Both the position numbers and the translations under genes were made by a program. Below, piece by piece: positions 42,011 through 51,831 of a stretch of DNA of 64,000 bases (positions are counted from its first letter, which is position 1; every line of letters begins with the position of its first letter). Under the pieces are notes generated by a model. That model was given only the letters and a program-made list of their open reading frames with translations. It had not been told where the DNA came from and did no database searches. Origin of the DNA: an uncultured cyanobacterium (GTDB lineage Bacteria; Cyanobacteriota; Cyanobacteriia; PCC-9006; JAAUQQ01); NCBI GenBank assembly GCA_963718615.1, contig OY970368.1, positions 5,536,001-5,600,000 on the forward strand. Direction: 5' to 3'.

Positions 42011-42415
42011 CTACCAGATCGTCTCGATTACCGTTAGAGTCTGAATCTTGTGATCGCAAGTGACTAACGGTAAGCCTAATGCTAGCGCTGTTACTGCAAT
42101 CATGCGATCGCCCATTTCCGGCACAGTAACTTTTGGAACTTGCCGAAGCTGCTGTGCAATTTCCAAGCTAAACGACACCACTTTCAGACCCGAGTCAGAA
42201 TCCTGTAATACTTGATAGAGCATCTCTAGCGCAGCTTCAGGCAACCGCCCTTTTTCAACCAGATACGTGATTTCAACAATCGAAATTGAAGAGATGTAGA
42301 CAACATGACCAGAGGCTATTGCTTCCTCAATTCTGCTACTTGCGAGATCTGAAATTCTAGGAGAATCTAGCAACCACTAGACCACCGCGTGAGTATCCAG
42401 CACCAGCGAAGTCAT
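42011..42415 (-). pseudogene. vapC: VapC (PIN) toxin with a nonsense mutation
   Basis: ATG 42415 MTSLVLDTHAVV*WLLDSP (TAG at 42377-42379, probably from TGG); SISIVEI, DRMIAVTA and LVTCD motifs. Confidence 0.85.
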
Positions 42416-42666
42416 AACTCAATTTCCTCACCAAACCCACTCCACATTTCTCGGCGAGCCTCTAAGAAATCGGTTTCTGTCAAAGGATCAATGTCAAGGT
42501 TCGACCACAGACCCTTTAAACTTTTGGGAAGGCGACGCGTTGGAATCAAACGATCTTTCAGAAACTCTACAAAGTCCAACACCGTTTGTTGCTGTTTGCT
42601 TGGCAACGAGCGCAGGCTGTCAAAGATAGCCTGCTGAAGACTGACAAGATTCTGCATAATTTTCAT
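42412..42666 (-). CDS. DUF2281-like antitoxin
   Basis: LPSKQQQTVLDFVEFL...SLKGLW...EARREMW; 4-bp overlap with vapC. Confidence 0.8.
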   Translation of the reverse strand: MKIMQNLVSLQQAIFDSLRSLPSKQQQTVLDFVEFLKDRLIPTRRLPKSLKGLWSNLDIDPLTETDFLEARREMWSGFGEEIEL

Positions 42667-42715
42667 CCAAACCTGTTCTTTTCGCACTACTCTCTTCCCT
42701 TCCTCATTATGCCAG

Positions 42716-42837
42716 CCCAATCCGACCCCCAAAACACCCCGCAGTCTCATAAATCTACCCCCAGACTCAACTAACCCCACCCTCCTACCGAGCCCCACCG
42801 TCTCCAGCCACTACACCTCCCACAAATCTTCAACATC
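42716..42837 (-). repeat. TpsA promoter/leader repeat copy 3
   Basis: Same core; ATG 42750 MRLRGVLGVGLGW. Confidence 0.75.
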
Positions 42838-42987
42838 TATTTAGAAAAGCTGCGAGATAATTGCCTCAGTACCCGCTCACCGTCGAACTCCCTCGCAGAT
42901 CAACCTCGCAGATCAACGATCCAAAAGAAGAATGCAGCTACGTTCATCCTCACAGGATCCCTCCCTCCAATTTCTCCCCGAACAAAG

Positions 42988-43371
42988 ATGAATCGCTTTC
43001 TCCAATTCCAAGCCAATACCTTTCAGTTTCCTGGCCAAGGTAAAGCCATCAAAAATAGAACGGCTCTTCATCTTGCCGTCCTCAGCGACGACGCAGCACA
43101 ACTGGAATTTTTGCTGACCCACAATGCCTCGCCCAACGCCCGTGATGCCCAGGGCCATACGCCCTTTCACTATGCGATCGCCAGCAGAAACATCGCCCTA
43201 GCCGAGCGCCTCCTAGAGGCGGGGGCAGATATTAATGTGCGCGATCGCCAACGCCGAACTATCCTCACCATTCTCACCGATCCCAAACTTGCAAAACTCC
43301 CAATCGATTCCGGCGATTTAAGCTTTGAACAACGGGTTAGCTTCTTGCAAAGCAAAGGCGCAATTCGATAG
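42988..43371 (+). CDS. Ankyrin repeat protein (possibly 5'-truncated)
   Basis: TALHLAV and GHTPFHYA..LLEAGADIN motifs. Confidence 0.8.
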   Translation: MNRFLQFQANTFQFPGQGKAIKNRTALHLAVLSDDAAQLEFLLTHNASPNARDAQGHTPFHYAIASRNIALAERLLEAGADINVRDRQRRTILTILTDPKLAKLPIDSGDLSFEQRVSFLQSKGAIR

Positions 43372-43500
43372 CAGTCAAGCCAGTAGCCGCCAAGCCAGTG
43401 ATCTTTCTCGTATATATTGCGAGATGTAAACAAGTCCCACAGCTTCCAGCCTGAACCAGAGAAAATCAGAACATCCACCACTTTGGACCAGATTCACACC

Positions 43501-43959
43501 ATGAATCGACGCGACTTCTTGTCCTGGATGGGGGTTAGCACCCTCGCCACTTCTTTGCCCATGGCGATCGCCGCCTGTAGCAGCCCCACCAGCACCACTC
43601 CCCCCGCTGCCGATTCTGCCACCAGTACTGCCCCCCCCGATACCGCTAGTGCGCCTGAACCCGTGAACCTGGGCACCGTTGATGACCTCAAAGTAAAAGG
43701 TAGCCTCGTTGTCGAACAGCCCGAAAAGATCATCGTCGTGCAAGATCCTCAAAATCCTGACGCCGTCATCGCCCGCACCGCCAACTGCAACCACAAAAAC
43801 TGCACCGTGGGCTGGCAAGCGGACAAGGGTGAATTTGTCTGCCCCTGCCATGACTCCCGCTTTGCCCTGGATGGCAGCATTCTCGCAGGCCCCGCCACCG
43901 AGCCGCTCAAAGTCCTCACGGCCTCCGTCGAAAATGGGCAAGTCGTCGTCACCATGTAG
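43501..43959 (+). CDS. Rieske [2Fe-2S] lipoprotein with Tat signal (PetC3-like)
   Basis: MNRRDFL Tat motif, IAAC lipobox, CNH..CPCH. Confidence 0.88.
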   Translation: MNRRDFLSWMGVSTLATSLPMAIAACSSPTSTTPPAADSATSTAPPDTASAPEPVNLGTVDDLKVKGSLVVEQPEKIIVVQDPQNPDAVIARTANCNHKNCTVGWQADKGEFVCPCHDSRFALDGSILAGPATEPLKVLTASVENGQVVVTM

Positions 43960-43997
43960 CGCTGTACCCCGCTAAAATTTCGCTGCTAAATTTTGCT

Positions 43998-44774
43998 TTG
44001 ATTGAGCTTCAGTCGGTTCAAGTTGTGTTCAATCCCGATACCCCGCTGGAATCCCTCGCCCTGCGGGGCATTGACGTACAAATTCCAGCGGGACAATTTG
44101 TCACGGTTATTGGCAGCAATGGTGCAGGCAAGTCTACCTTGCTCAATGTCCTCAGCGGCGAAATTTTGCCCCAAGCGGGCCGGGTAAAAATTGCGGACCA
44201 AGTCGTGACCCGCTGGCCCGTAGCCAAGCGATCGCCCCTCGTTTCCCGCGTCTTCCAAAACCCGCTCCTCGGCTCCTGTGCTGACCTCACGGTGGAAGAA
44301 AATCTTGCCCTCGCCTACCAGCGGGGCCAGCGGCGGCGGTTGCGTTGGGCCTTAAATCGATCGCTGCGGGAGGAGTTTCGCGATCGCCTCTCCCGGCTCG
44401 GTCTGGGTTTAGAAAACCGGCTCGGCGATCCCATGGGTCGGCTCTCTGGGGGGCAGCGCCAAGCCATTTGTCTATTTATGGCCACCCTGGCCACCCACAA
44501 AATTTTGCTCCTGGATGAACATACCGCCGCCCTCGATCCGAAAACCGCTGATTTTGTGCTGGAACTCACGCGGGAACTGGTGGCACAGCAGGGGCTGACG
44601 ACGTTAATGGTCACCCATAGTATGCGGCAGGCCTTGGAGGTGGGCGATCGCACCCTCATGCTCCACGATGGCCAAATTGTTTTTGATGTGCAAGGGGCAG
44701 ACCGAGCCAGCTTGAGCGTGGATGATTTGCTCCAACGATTTCAGCGATTGGAAGATCTGTCCTACGAGGTCTAG
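43998..44774 (+). CDS. ABC transporter ATP-binding protein (COG1101 type)
   Basis: GSNGAGKST, LSGGQRQ and LLDEHTAALDP motifs. Confidence 0.92.
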   Translation: MIELQSVQVVFNPDTPLESLALRGIDVQIPAGQFVTVIGSNGAGKSTLLNVLSGEILPQAGRVKIADQVVTRWPVAKRSPLVSRVFQNPLLGSCADLTVEENLALAYQRGQRRRLRWALNRSLREEFRDRLSRLGLGLENRLGDPMGRLSGGQRQAICLFMATLATHKILLLDEHTAALDPKTADFVLELTRELVAQQGLTTLMVTHSMRQALEVGDRTLMLHDGQIVFDVQGADRASLSVDDLLQRFQRLEDLSYEV

Positions 44775-45176
44775 GTCATGCCTGTATTTTTGCGGAGTAA
44801 TTTTCAGATTTGAGCTAACGCTTTTGGTGCGTCAAGAGATAGAAGATTCGATAATTTTGCGTTCCTGTCGATTTGTACCGTTTTCGTATTTTTACCGGAT
44901 ATAGCAGTTGTAAACTCCCTCTATATACGTGAGTTTTTCGGTGACTAAAAGTATCGCTGAGAATAAAAACATTATCCTGTTTTCAGAGCATACTTTTGAA
45001 TCTCAGAATTGAGAAATTCCCGACAAAATTTGTAGATAATTCGTGAAGTCTTTGAGCCTTAGAGACTAAAACTTCACTCAAATTGGTTATTTACAACGAG
45101 GGGTATCGCTGAAGATAGAAGACCTAGACTTGCCTTAACCTAGAAAGCGTTGCATGGCCTTTGATGTTCTACATTC

Positions 45177-47933
45177 ATGCTAAATTCCACCACTAGCTCC
45201 TCCGATCTTCAGGGTTTCTACAAGACCATTGCGCCATGGATTGATCTCTATTTATCCTCTCCCTATGGCATGAGCGGGTTGGATCAAAACTCAATGACCC
45301 AACTACTCAATGATCCTACGTTCAGTACAGTTCTGGGAGAATACCTATCTACAGCAGTGGCTCCAGCGTTACTCGATGGCTTGAGCGACGAAACCATCGA
45401 AACCACGCTCCTAAAGGCCATGCAAGCCGGGTGGGATCAGGGAAAAGCTGAGGATTCCCTTTGCCCTATGCCAGAAGTCCTAGCGAGTGATCCAACGGTG
45501 GACCTAGGCGGTAATGATGCCACAAACGCGTTCAGCTTGACGTTGACCGAGGGGAAGGCGATCGCCCAGGACTGGATCGGCCTCAATGGGGATTCTCGAG
45601 ACTACTATCGTTTTAATCTAGAACAGTCCGGGACTCTCTCCGTTACGCTCAGTGGCTTGAGCGATAACGTTAATATGCAACTGTTTAATGAACAAGGCCA
45701 ACGGGTTGGGGCCTCCTATACTGGCGGTACCCAAGATGACGTGATTAGCGGAACGTTTCAAGCGGGAAGCTATTATGTCGCCCTGTTTGGTAAAACGCCT
45801 GATGTGCAGACATCCTATTCTCTAAACATTCAAGGACCAGCATCCTTACCGGCTCCGATTGCACCGGTCTCGCCTGCAACCACCACAGAACCCACATCAA
45901 CGCCGACCGCAACGCCGACCGCAACGCCGACCTCAACGCCTCAAAGCACGCTCAATCCCAGCCTAGACGGGGCGGGAGATGGGTTTGATACGGCTCGGCT
46001 GCTCACCTGGGATAGGGGACAGGCGATCGCCCAGGACTGGATCGGTGTCAATGGCGATTTGAAAGACTACTATCGATTTGCGATCGCCCAAACGGGCGAT
46101 GTCATGGTAACGCTCAGTGGTTTAAGCGATAACGCGAACCTACAACTCTTCAATAATCAGGGCCAGCGGATCGGTGCGTCCTATGCGGGCGGTACCCAGA
46201 ATGATGTGATTGCCAGTAAGCTCGCTGCTGGGGATTACTACGCCGTTGTCTTTGGCAAAACCACGGATGTGAAGACGGCCTATACCCTCACCCTCAAAGG
46301 CCCCACGGCAGAGCCAACCCCCCTAGAGCCAGCTTCCGTTGACCCAACATCCATCGAGCCCGAGCCCTCAGAGCCAGATCCTTTACCCAGCCCCAATCCC
46401 AATATAGATTTAGCCGGAGATACGTTTGGCACGGCCTATCAACTTGATCTTAGTCAAGGATCGGCAACGGTGCAAGATTGGATGGGGCTAAATGGTGATG
46501 TGCGAGATTACTATTCCTTTGATGTCGCCAAGGCCGGTGAAGTCACGGTTACGCTCAGCGGTCTCAGTGACAATGTCAATCTCCAACTGTTTAATAGCCA
46601 AGGCCAGAGAATTGCAGCTTCCTACGCTGGGGGCACTCAAAATGATGTGATTGCCCAAACGCTGGCCGAGGGTACTTATTCGGTCATGCTATTTGGCAAA
46701 ACGAGTGATGTTAAAACCGCTTATACACTGTCCGTTGTAGCCCCGGTTGCGGATGCGACTGATCCGACGACAGCTCCTGAATCTGTACCGACTGTTCCCC
46801 AAACCAATCCCATCTCTGAGCCTGTTTCTGAGCCTAATTCTGAGCCCGTGTTCGATTGGTTTAGTAACAATCTTCAGGATGCGGAGCTGAAGAGTATGGC
46901 GCGCGATCGCTTCCAGGATGGCAAGATCGATCGCAATGATATGATTGCACTGCTGCAATCAGCGGGGGATGCAAATGTTGTCGACAGCGCTGAATTTGCT
47001 GATCTCAAAACCCTCGTGAGTTCAGCCGCTTATCTCAAGCTCGATGACTACGTTGTCAATTTGTCCAACAAGTTGGTGAATGGCGATCGCGCCAACCAAT
47101 GGTATACCGGCGGTGCAACTCAGCGGACGGATCTGGGTAATTTGCAGGCGGGGAGCAGTGCCGACCAGTTGAATAAGCTGATTGGTAAATGGTTCTTGGG
47201 GAGCGATCGCCCCACCACGCTGTCTACCTCCCACCAATATACCTATGTCCAAGGACAGCTGTTCCAGAATGGGATTCAGCTTGAAGATATTGTTCAATCC
47301 CAACTGGGCGATTGTTACTTGATGGTGGTTTTGGCTGGCACCGCCCAGAAACATGCCAATGTGATTCAAGATATGTTTATTGACAACGGTGACGGTACGT
47401 TTACAGTGCGATTCTTTAAGAATGGCGTCGCGGACTATGTCACGGTCGATCGCTATCTGTCCTCAATCAACGGTACCGGCAAGAGCCCCTATACACAATT
47501 TGGCAGTTCGCCCACCAACAGCAGCAACGAACTCTGGGGGGCATTGCTAGAAAAAGCCTATGCTCAGCTCAATGAGTCGGGTTGGGTTGGCCAAGACAAT
47601 ACCAACAGCTATGCAGGAATTGAAGGGGGTTGGATGTCTATGCCCACCAGCCAAGTGCTAGGAGTGAGAAGCCGCTCGGTTGCAATTACAAGCAGCAGCA
47701 TTTCTAAGGCCAGCATGATTGATTTGGTCAATTCTCAACAGGTGGTCACCGTGGGTATCGTGGGAGCGGGTCAGTATGGCGCGGTGGATAACCATGCCTA
47801 TACGCTCAAGGGCTATGATGCAGTCACTCAAACCTTCCAATTGCATAACCCTTGGGGTACAAAGCACATCAGCTTGACCTGGGAGCAATTACAGAGCATG
47901 GGCACTAACTTTGTCTGGTCGGAGCTGGCCTAG
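45177..47933 (+). CDS. Calpain-like (peptidase C2) cysteine protease with three PPC domains
   Basis: Three DYYRF...LSGLSDN.NLQLFN PPC repeats with P/T-rich linkers; QLGDCY, LLEKAYA, NHAY and HNPWG catalytic motifs. Confidence 0.88.
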   Translation: MLNSTTSSSDLQGFYKTIAPWIDLYLSSPYGMSGLDQNSMTQLLNDPTFSTVLGEYLSTAVAPALLDGLSDETIETTLLKAMQAGWDQGKAEDSLCPMPEVLASDPTVDLGGNDATNAFSLTLTEGKAIAQDWIGLNGDSRDYYRFNLEQSGTLSVTLSGLSDNVNMQLFNEQGQRVGASYTGGTQDDVISGTFQAGSYYVALFGKTPDVQTSYSLNIQGPASLPAPIAPVSPATTTEPTSTPTATPTATPTSTPQSTLNPSLDGAGDGFDTARLLTWDRGQAIAQDWIGVNGDLKDYYRFAIAQTGDVMVTLSGLSDNANLQLFNNQGQRIGASYAGGTQNDVIASKLAAGDYYAVVFGKTTDVKTAYTLTLKGPTAEPTPLEPASVDPTSIEPEPSEPDPLPSPNPNIDLAGDTFGTAYQLDLSQGSATVQDWMGLNGDVRDYYSFDVAKAGEVTVTLSGLSDNVNLQLFNSQGQRIAASYAGGTQNDVIAQTLAEGTYSVMLFGKTSDVKTAYTLSVVAPVADATDPTTAPESVPTVPQTNPISEPVSEPNSEPVFDWFSNNLQDAELKSMARDRFQDGKIDRNDMIALLQSAGDANVVDSAEFADLKTLVSSAAYLKLDDYVVNLSNKLVNGDRANQWYTGGATQRTDLGNLQAGSSADQLNKLIGKWFLGSDRPTTLSTSHQYTYVQGQLFQNGIQLEDIVQSQLGDCYLMVVLAGTAQKHANVIQDMFIDNGDGTFTVRFFKNGVADYVTVDRYLSSINGTGKSPYTQFGSSPTNSSNELWGALLEKAYAQLNESGWVGQDNTNSYAGIEGGWMSMPTSQVLGVRSRSVAITSSSISKASMIDLVNSQQVVTVGIVGAGQYGAVDNHAYTLKGYDAVTQTFQLHNPWGTKHISLTWEQLQSMGTNFVWSELA

Positions 47934-48044
47934 GGGGGGTATTGATACGATCCTGGACTCATGGGTTGATTAACCAGCAGGTCATTCCGTAAAATTGCGG
48001 CTATGAGGCGATAACCTTTCGTCACAACGTAACCGGATAGGGAC

Positions 48045-51000
48045 ATGACTCAAACATGGTGGCAGGGGCTGAGCTGGGCGTTAGTCGCCTGGAGTGGGCT
48101 GTGGGTGAAGTCAGGCTTGGCCCAAAATCTGGTAATCGATGGCACGCTGGGAGTCCCAGGCACGAGTGGGGCGTTACTGGGACCGATTTATGATGTTCCC
48201 CAAGGGTTAGGCAGTCGCCAAGGGCAGAATCTATTTCACAGTTTTAGTCAGTTTAGTTTGCAAGTGGGAGAGGAAGCTCGGTTTGAAGCGGGGCCAGAAA
48301 TTCGCAATATTTTGACGCGGGTGACGGGAGGGAGCGCTTCGCAGATTGACGGAGTAATTTCGACACCAAGTTCGACGGCGAATTTCTTTTTGATGAATCC
48401 TGCGGGATTAGTATTTGGGCCGAATGCGCAGCTTGATCTGGGCGGTTCGTTTGTAGGGACGACGGCGAGTAGGGTACGGTTTGGGGAATTCGGCGAATTT
48501 AGTGTGGTGAATCCGCAGGCCCCTGCACTGTTGACGATCGATCCGTCGGCGTTGCTGTTTGGGGTGGCACCGGGCCAGATTGTGAGTCGCTCGGTGGCTC
48601 CGGCAGGGGTGAGTCCGAGTGGGCGATCGCTCTTCGGCCTTACTGTCTCTCCGGGCCAAAGCCTTGCCTTGGTTGGGGGCGATATCACGGTTGATGGGGG
48701 TGGGGTCATTGGGGGACTGAATGCCCAGGGGGGTTGGTTGGAACTAGGAGGTTTAGCCAATGCAGGATCTGTTGATTTGGCAAGTTTGGGTACCAGCGGT
48801 TGGCGGTTGGTTTTTCCTGGGGATGCGGCTTTGGCGAATGTTCGTTTGGTGAATGGTGCGCGGGTGAATGTGCGGGGAGTAGGGGGGGGCGATATTCGGG
48901 TGAATGCGAATCGTTTGTTGGGGGAAGATGGGGGGCGGTTAATTGCGGGTACGGAGGGTAATGGTGATGCGGGTGATCTGATCGTTAATGCGAAGACGAT
49001 CGAATTTCGGGGACAGGTTGTTAATGCGAATCAAGAGGTTATTGCAGCTTCTGGAGCCTCGAATGATGTCGCTGATAATGCAACAGCCAATAGCGGACTA
49101 ACGCAGTTGAAGGGCGATCGCCTCATCCTCTCAGCGGGGGCGCAAGTGGGTAATGCTACGTTTGGAGATGGAGATAGTGGGCCTGTCGTGTTGGAGTTTC
49201 AAGATGCTATTATATTAGATGGATTAGATAAAAAAGATACTGGAATTTTCAGTCAAGTTTTTAATACAAATACTTTGGTCAATAGTGGCGATCTGCGCAT
49301 CAAAACACCAAGACTTCAAGTCACGAATGGTGCACAGATTTCAAGTGCGATTTTTGGCACAGGCAATGGAGGCTTGATCAGGATTGATGCCGATGAAATT
49401 ATTCTCACTGGCCGAGTGAGTTGTGGCAATGACTGTAATTTTGCGAGTAGCATTGCTAGTGGTACCGATAATGGCGCAGAGGGAAATGGAGGCGATATCG
49501 AAATTTTCACAGATTCTTTGACAATATCAGATGGCGCTGACATAAATTCTTTTTTGAGAGGTCGGGGTAAAGGGGGGGATATTACAATTGAGGGGCGCGA
49601 GTTTGTTGAGCTTGATGGTTCCCCTTCTACAATTAATACATCGATTTTCCCGGACGGTGTGGGAAATGGCGGAAATATTACTTTGAGTACGCCTACTTTA
49701 TCCTTGCATAGAGGAGCATTTATTGAGTCTGGAAATAGTGGTGGGAAGGGTGATGCTGGAGATATTTCTATCACAAGCGATCGCCTAGAAATTTCACAAT
49801 TGGGTGAAGATTCTAAATTTTCTGGTGCTATCAGCAGTCAGTCTAACGGTAAAGGTGATTCAGGTGCTATCACAATTGATGCATCACAGATTATCTTTCA
49901 GGATGAAGGGGGTATGTTTGCTGGCGTCTTTATATTTGATGAGTTTAATGTTGTTGCCGAAGGAAGTGGCCAAGATATCCAAATTAAAGCTCAATCTTTG
50001 TATTTGAACAATTTTTTGATTACTACTCAAGTTTCCGGCAATGGAACTGCGGGTAATATTAGAATTCAAGCAGAAGGTCCCGTCTCATTAGAGTCGAGTA
50101 GTATATCTACAGCCTTTGGTGGTGTAGAAAGTATCGGACAAGCGGGAAATGTACAAATTAATGCCCAATCATTAAACCTGAAAGATAGCAGTATCATCAG
50201 TATCACTCGAGCGAAAGGAGATTCAGGCTCAATTACACTTCAAACGCGTGAAGATATACGTTTAGACGGTAAGACTCTCTTGGGTAGTTCTGTAACAGAT
50301 GAAAGGAGCTCTGGGCGAGCCCAGGATATCAGTCTGGAAGCCAGAGCAATTTGGATTGGAGAGGGGGTTATTTTACTTTCTGCCAATGTGGCTCAGAATG
50401 ATGCTGGTGCAATTCGGCTCAAGGCTCGCGATCGCATCGACATCGGTCAAGAAGCATCATTATTCAGCAGCACGTTCGGCGCTGGAAAAGCTGGAGATAT
50501 TTTGATTGACACCCCTGTTCTGACGATGGCTGTAGGGAGTCAGTTAAGGAGCGAGTCCTTACAGATTAATTCAGAAGATGGGGGGGTGGGAACAGCGGGA
50601 AACATTGAGATTGCGGGCGATCGCCTAACCGTCAACGGAGCCACAATTTCCACCAACAGCGCTAACACCGACGGCGGCAACATCCGCTTCAACCTCAGCG
50701 ACGCCGTTCTCTTTTCCAACAATAGCCTCCTTTCCACAAATGCAGGTACCGCCCAAGGCGGTGGCAATGGCGGGAACATCACCATTAACACTCCCTTCCT
50801 AATCGGTTTACCCAACAACAATAGCGATATAATCGCCAACGCCTTCAGCGGCAGCGGCGGCAAGATTCAGATCACGACCCAAGGAATCCTGAATTTTGAC
50901 CTTGCCAACAATCAAACAGATACCCAACTTCGAGCTAATACAACCAACGACATTAGCGCCAGTTCTCAACTAGGAACTTCCGGCATACTCACCCTCACCG

Positions 51001-51347
51001 GCTTCAATACAGACCCGAGCCAAGGAACCGTTGCACTGTCTGAAACCTTCACCGATCCAACCGATCAAATCGATCGCAGTTGCTCCCCCGAAGGCATCAT
51101 CCTCAGCGAGTTCTTCATCACCGGGCGCAGCGGACTGCCCCTCAGTCCCGATGAATCCTTCTCTACCGACCTCCTCGCTGGTTGGGTGCCTCTAGCGGAA
51201 CAAGGCCCAAACCTAGCCGTTGCCGAACAGTCTCGCCGCCCTAGGGCCACAATGGTCCTCGAAGCCTCGGCGTGGGAGCGCGATCGCCAAGGCCAAATTC
51301 ATCTGACGGCACCGAAGCCCGTGGAGAGGCGATCGCCTACTTGCTAA
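48045..51347 (+). CDS. Filamentous haemagglutinin / TpsA-like secreted protein
   Basis: Signal peptide, NLFHSF, MNPAG TPS domain, G-x-G-x-I repeats, conserved SDIIANAF..DISASS..FFITGRSGLP C-terminus. Confidence 0.9.
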   Translation: MTQTWWQGLSWALVAWSGLWVKSGLAQNLVIDGTLGVPGTSGALLGPIYDVPQGLGSRQGQNLFHSFSQFSLQVGEEARFEAGPEIRNILTRVTGGSASQIDGVISTPSSTANFFLMNPAGLVFGPNAQLDLGGSFVGTTASRVRFGEFGEFSVVNPQAPALLTIDPSALLFGVAPGQIVSRSVAPAGVSPSGRSLFGLTVSPGQSLALVGGDITVDGGGVIGGLNAQGGWLELGGLANAGSVDLASLGTSGWRLVFPGDAALANVRLVNGARVNVRGVGGGDIRVNANRLLGEDGGRLIAGTEGNGDAGDLIVNAKTIEFRGQVVNANQEVIAASGASNDVADNATANSGLTQLKGDRLILSAGAQVGNATFGDGDSGPVVLEFQDAIILDGLDKKDTGIFSQVFNTNTLVNSGDLRIKTPRLQVTNGAQISSAIFGTGNGGLIRIDADEIILTGRVSCGNDCNFASSIASGTDNGAEGNGGDIEIFTDSLTISDGADINSFLRGRGKGGDITIEGREFVELDGSPSTINTSIFPDGVGNGGNITLSTPTLSLHRGAFIESGNSGGKGDAGDISITSDRLEISQLGEDSKFSGAISSQSNGKGDSGAITIDASQIIFQDEGGMFAGVFIFDEFNVVAEGSGQDIQIKAQSLYLNNFLITTQVSGNGTAGNIRIQAEGPVSLESSSISTAFGGVESIGQAGNVQINAQSLNLKDSSIISITRAKGDSGSITLQTREDIRLDGKTLLGSSVTDERSSGRAQDISLEARAIWIGEGVILLSANVAQNDAGAIRLKARDRIDIGQEASLFSSTFGAGKAGDILIDTPVLTMAVGSQLRSESLQINSEDGGVGTAGNIEIAGDRLTVNGATISTNSANTDGGNIRFNLSDAVLFSNNSLLSTNAGTAQGGGNGGNITINTPFLIGLPNNNSDIIANAFSGSGGKIQITTQGILNFDLANNQTDTQLRANTTNDISASSQLGTSGILTLTGFNTDPSQGTVALSETFTDPTDQIDRSCSPEGIILSEFFITGRSGLPLSPDESFSTDLLAGWVPLAEQGPNLAVAEQSRRPRATMVLEASAWERDRQGQIHLTAPKPVERRSPTC

Positions 51348-51831
51348 AGGAAAACACCAGCGATGGCGTTGCTGTTGCATGCCCGATAATCTTTTGGCCA
51401 CCGTTTTGGAATGCTCCCTCTAGTTCAGGTGAGTTGCCATAAAAACCATTGAGTTTTAGCTTCACCTGAGATCCTTGTACCGTAGTCGTGAGGGGGCCTT
51501 GCTTGAGGACGGTATCCACCCACTGACCATTGACCTGCTTCGAGCCAATATGCTTCCAAACGCCCGCTGCACCGCCGCCCGGTACTTGTAAAACTAAATG
51601 GGTCAACACATCATCCCCTTGATAATGCATATTGCCCTCCCAGGTTCCTACGAGGCTCATCGCCACTTGGAAGTTTGCAGGACCACTGGGGCGGGCTGGC
51701 TGGCTTTGGACGGTGCCCTGAACCCTTACAGGACCGGCGATCGCCCCTCCCACCGAGCCCAAAACTAACACACCCGCCAACATCGAAACAGTAACCGTCG
51801 CCGACTGAGCAAACTTTTGGGAAATAGACAT
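51337..51831 (-). CDS. Hypothetical secreted protein
   Basis: Signal peptide ending AIA; LVGTWEG beta-barrel-like start. Confidence 0.6.
   Translation of the reverse strand: MSISQKFAQSATVTVSMLAGVLVLGSVGGAIAGPVRVQGTVQSQPARPSGPANFQVAMSLVGTWEGNMHYQGDDVLTHLVLQVPGGGAAGVWKHIGSKQVNGQWVDTVLKQGPLTTTVQGSQVKLKLNGFYGNSPELEGAFQNGGQKIIGHATATPSLVFSFSK

Noticed and set aside
41027-42837. CRISPR array or classical integron attC interpretation of the repeats
   Set aside because: The repeats are long and diverged with ~700-bp gene-containing spacers. There are no cas or intI genes and no attC-type inverted symmetry.
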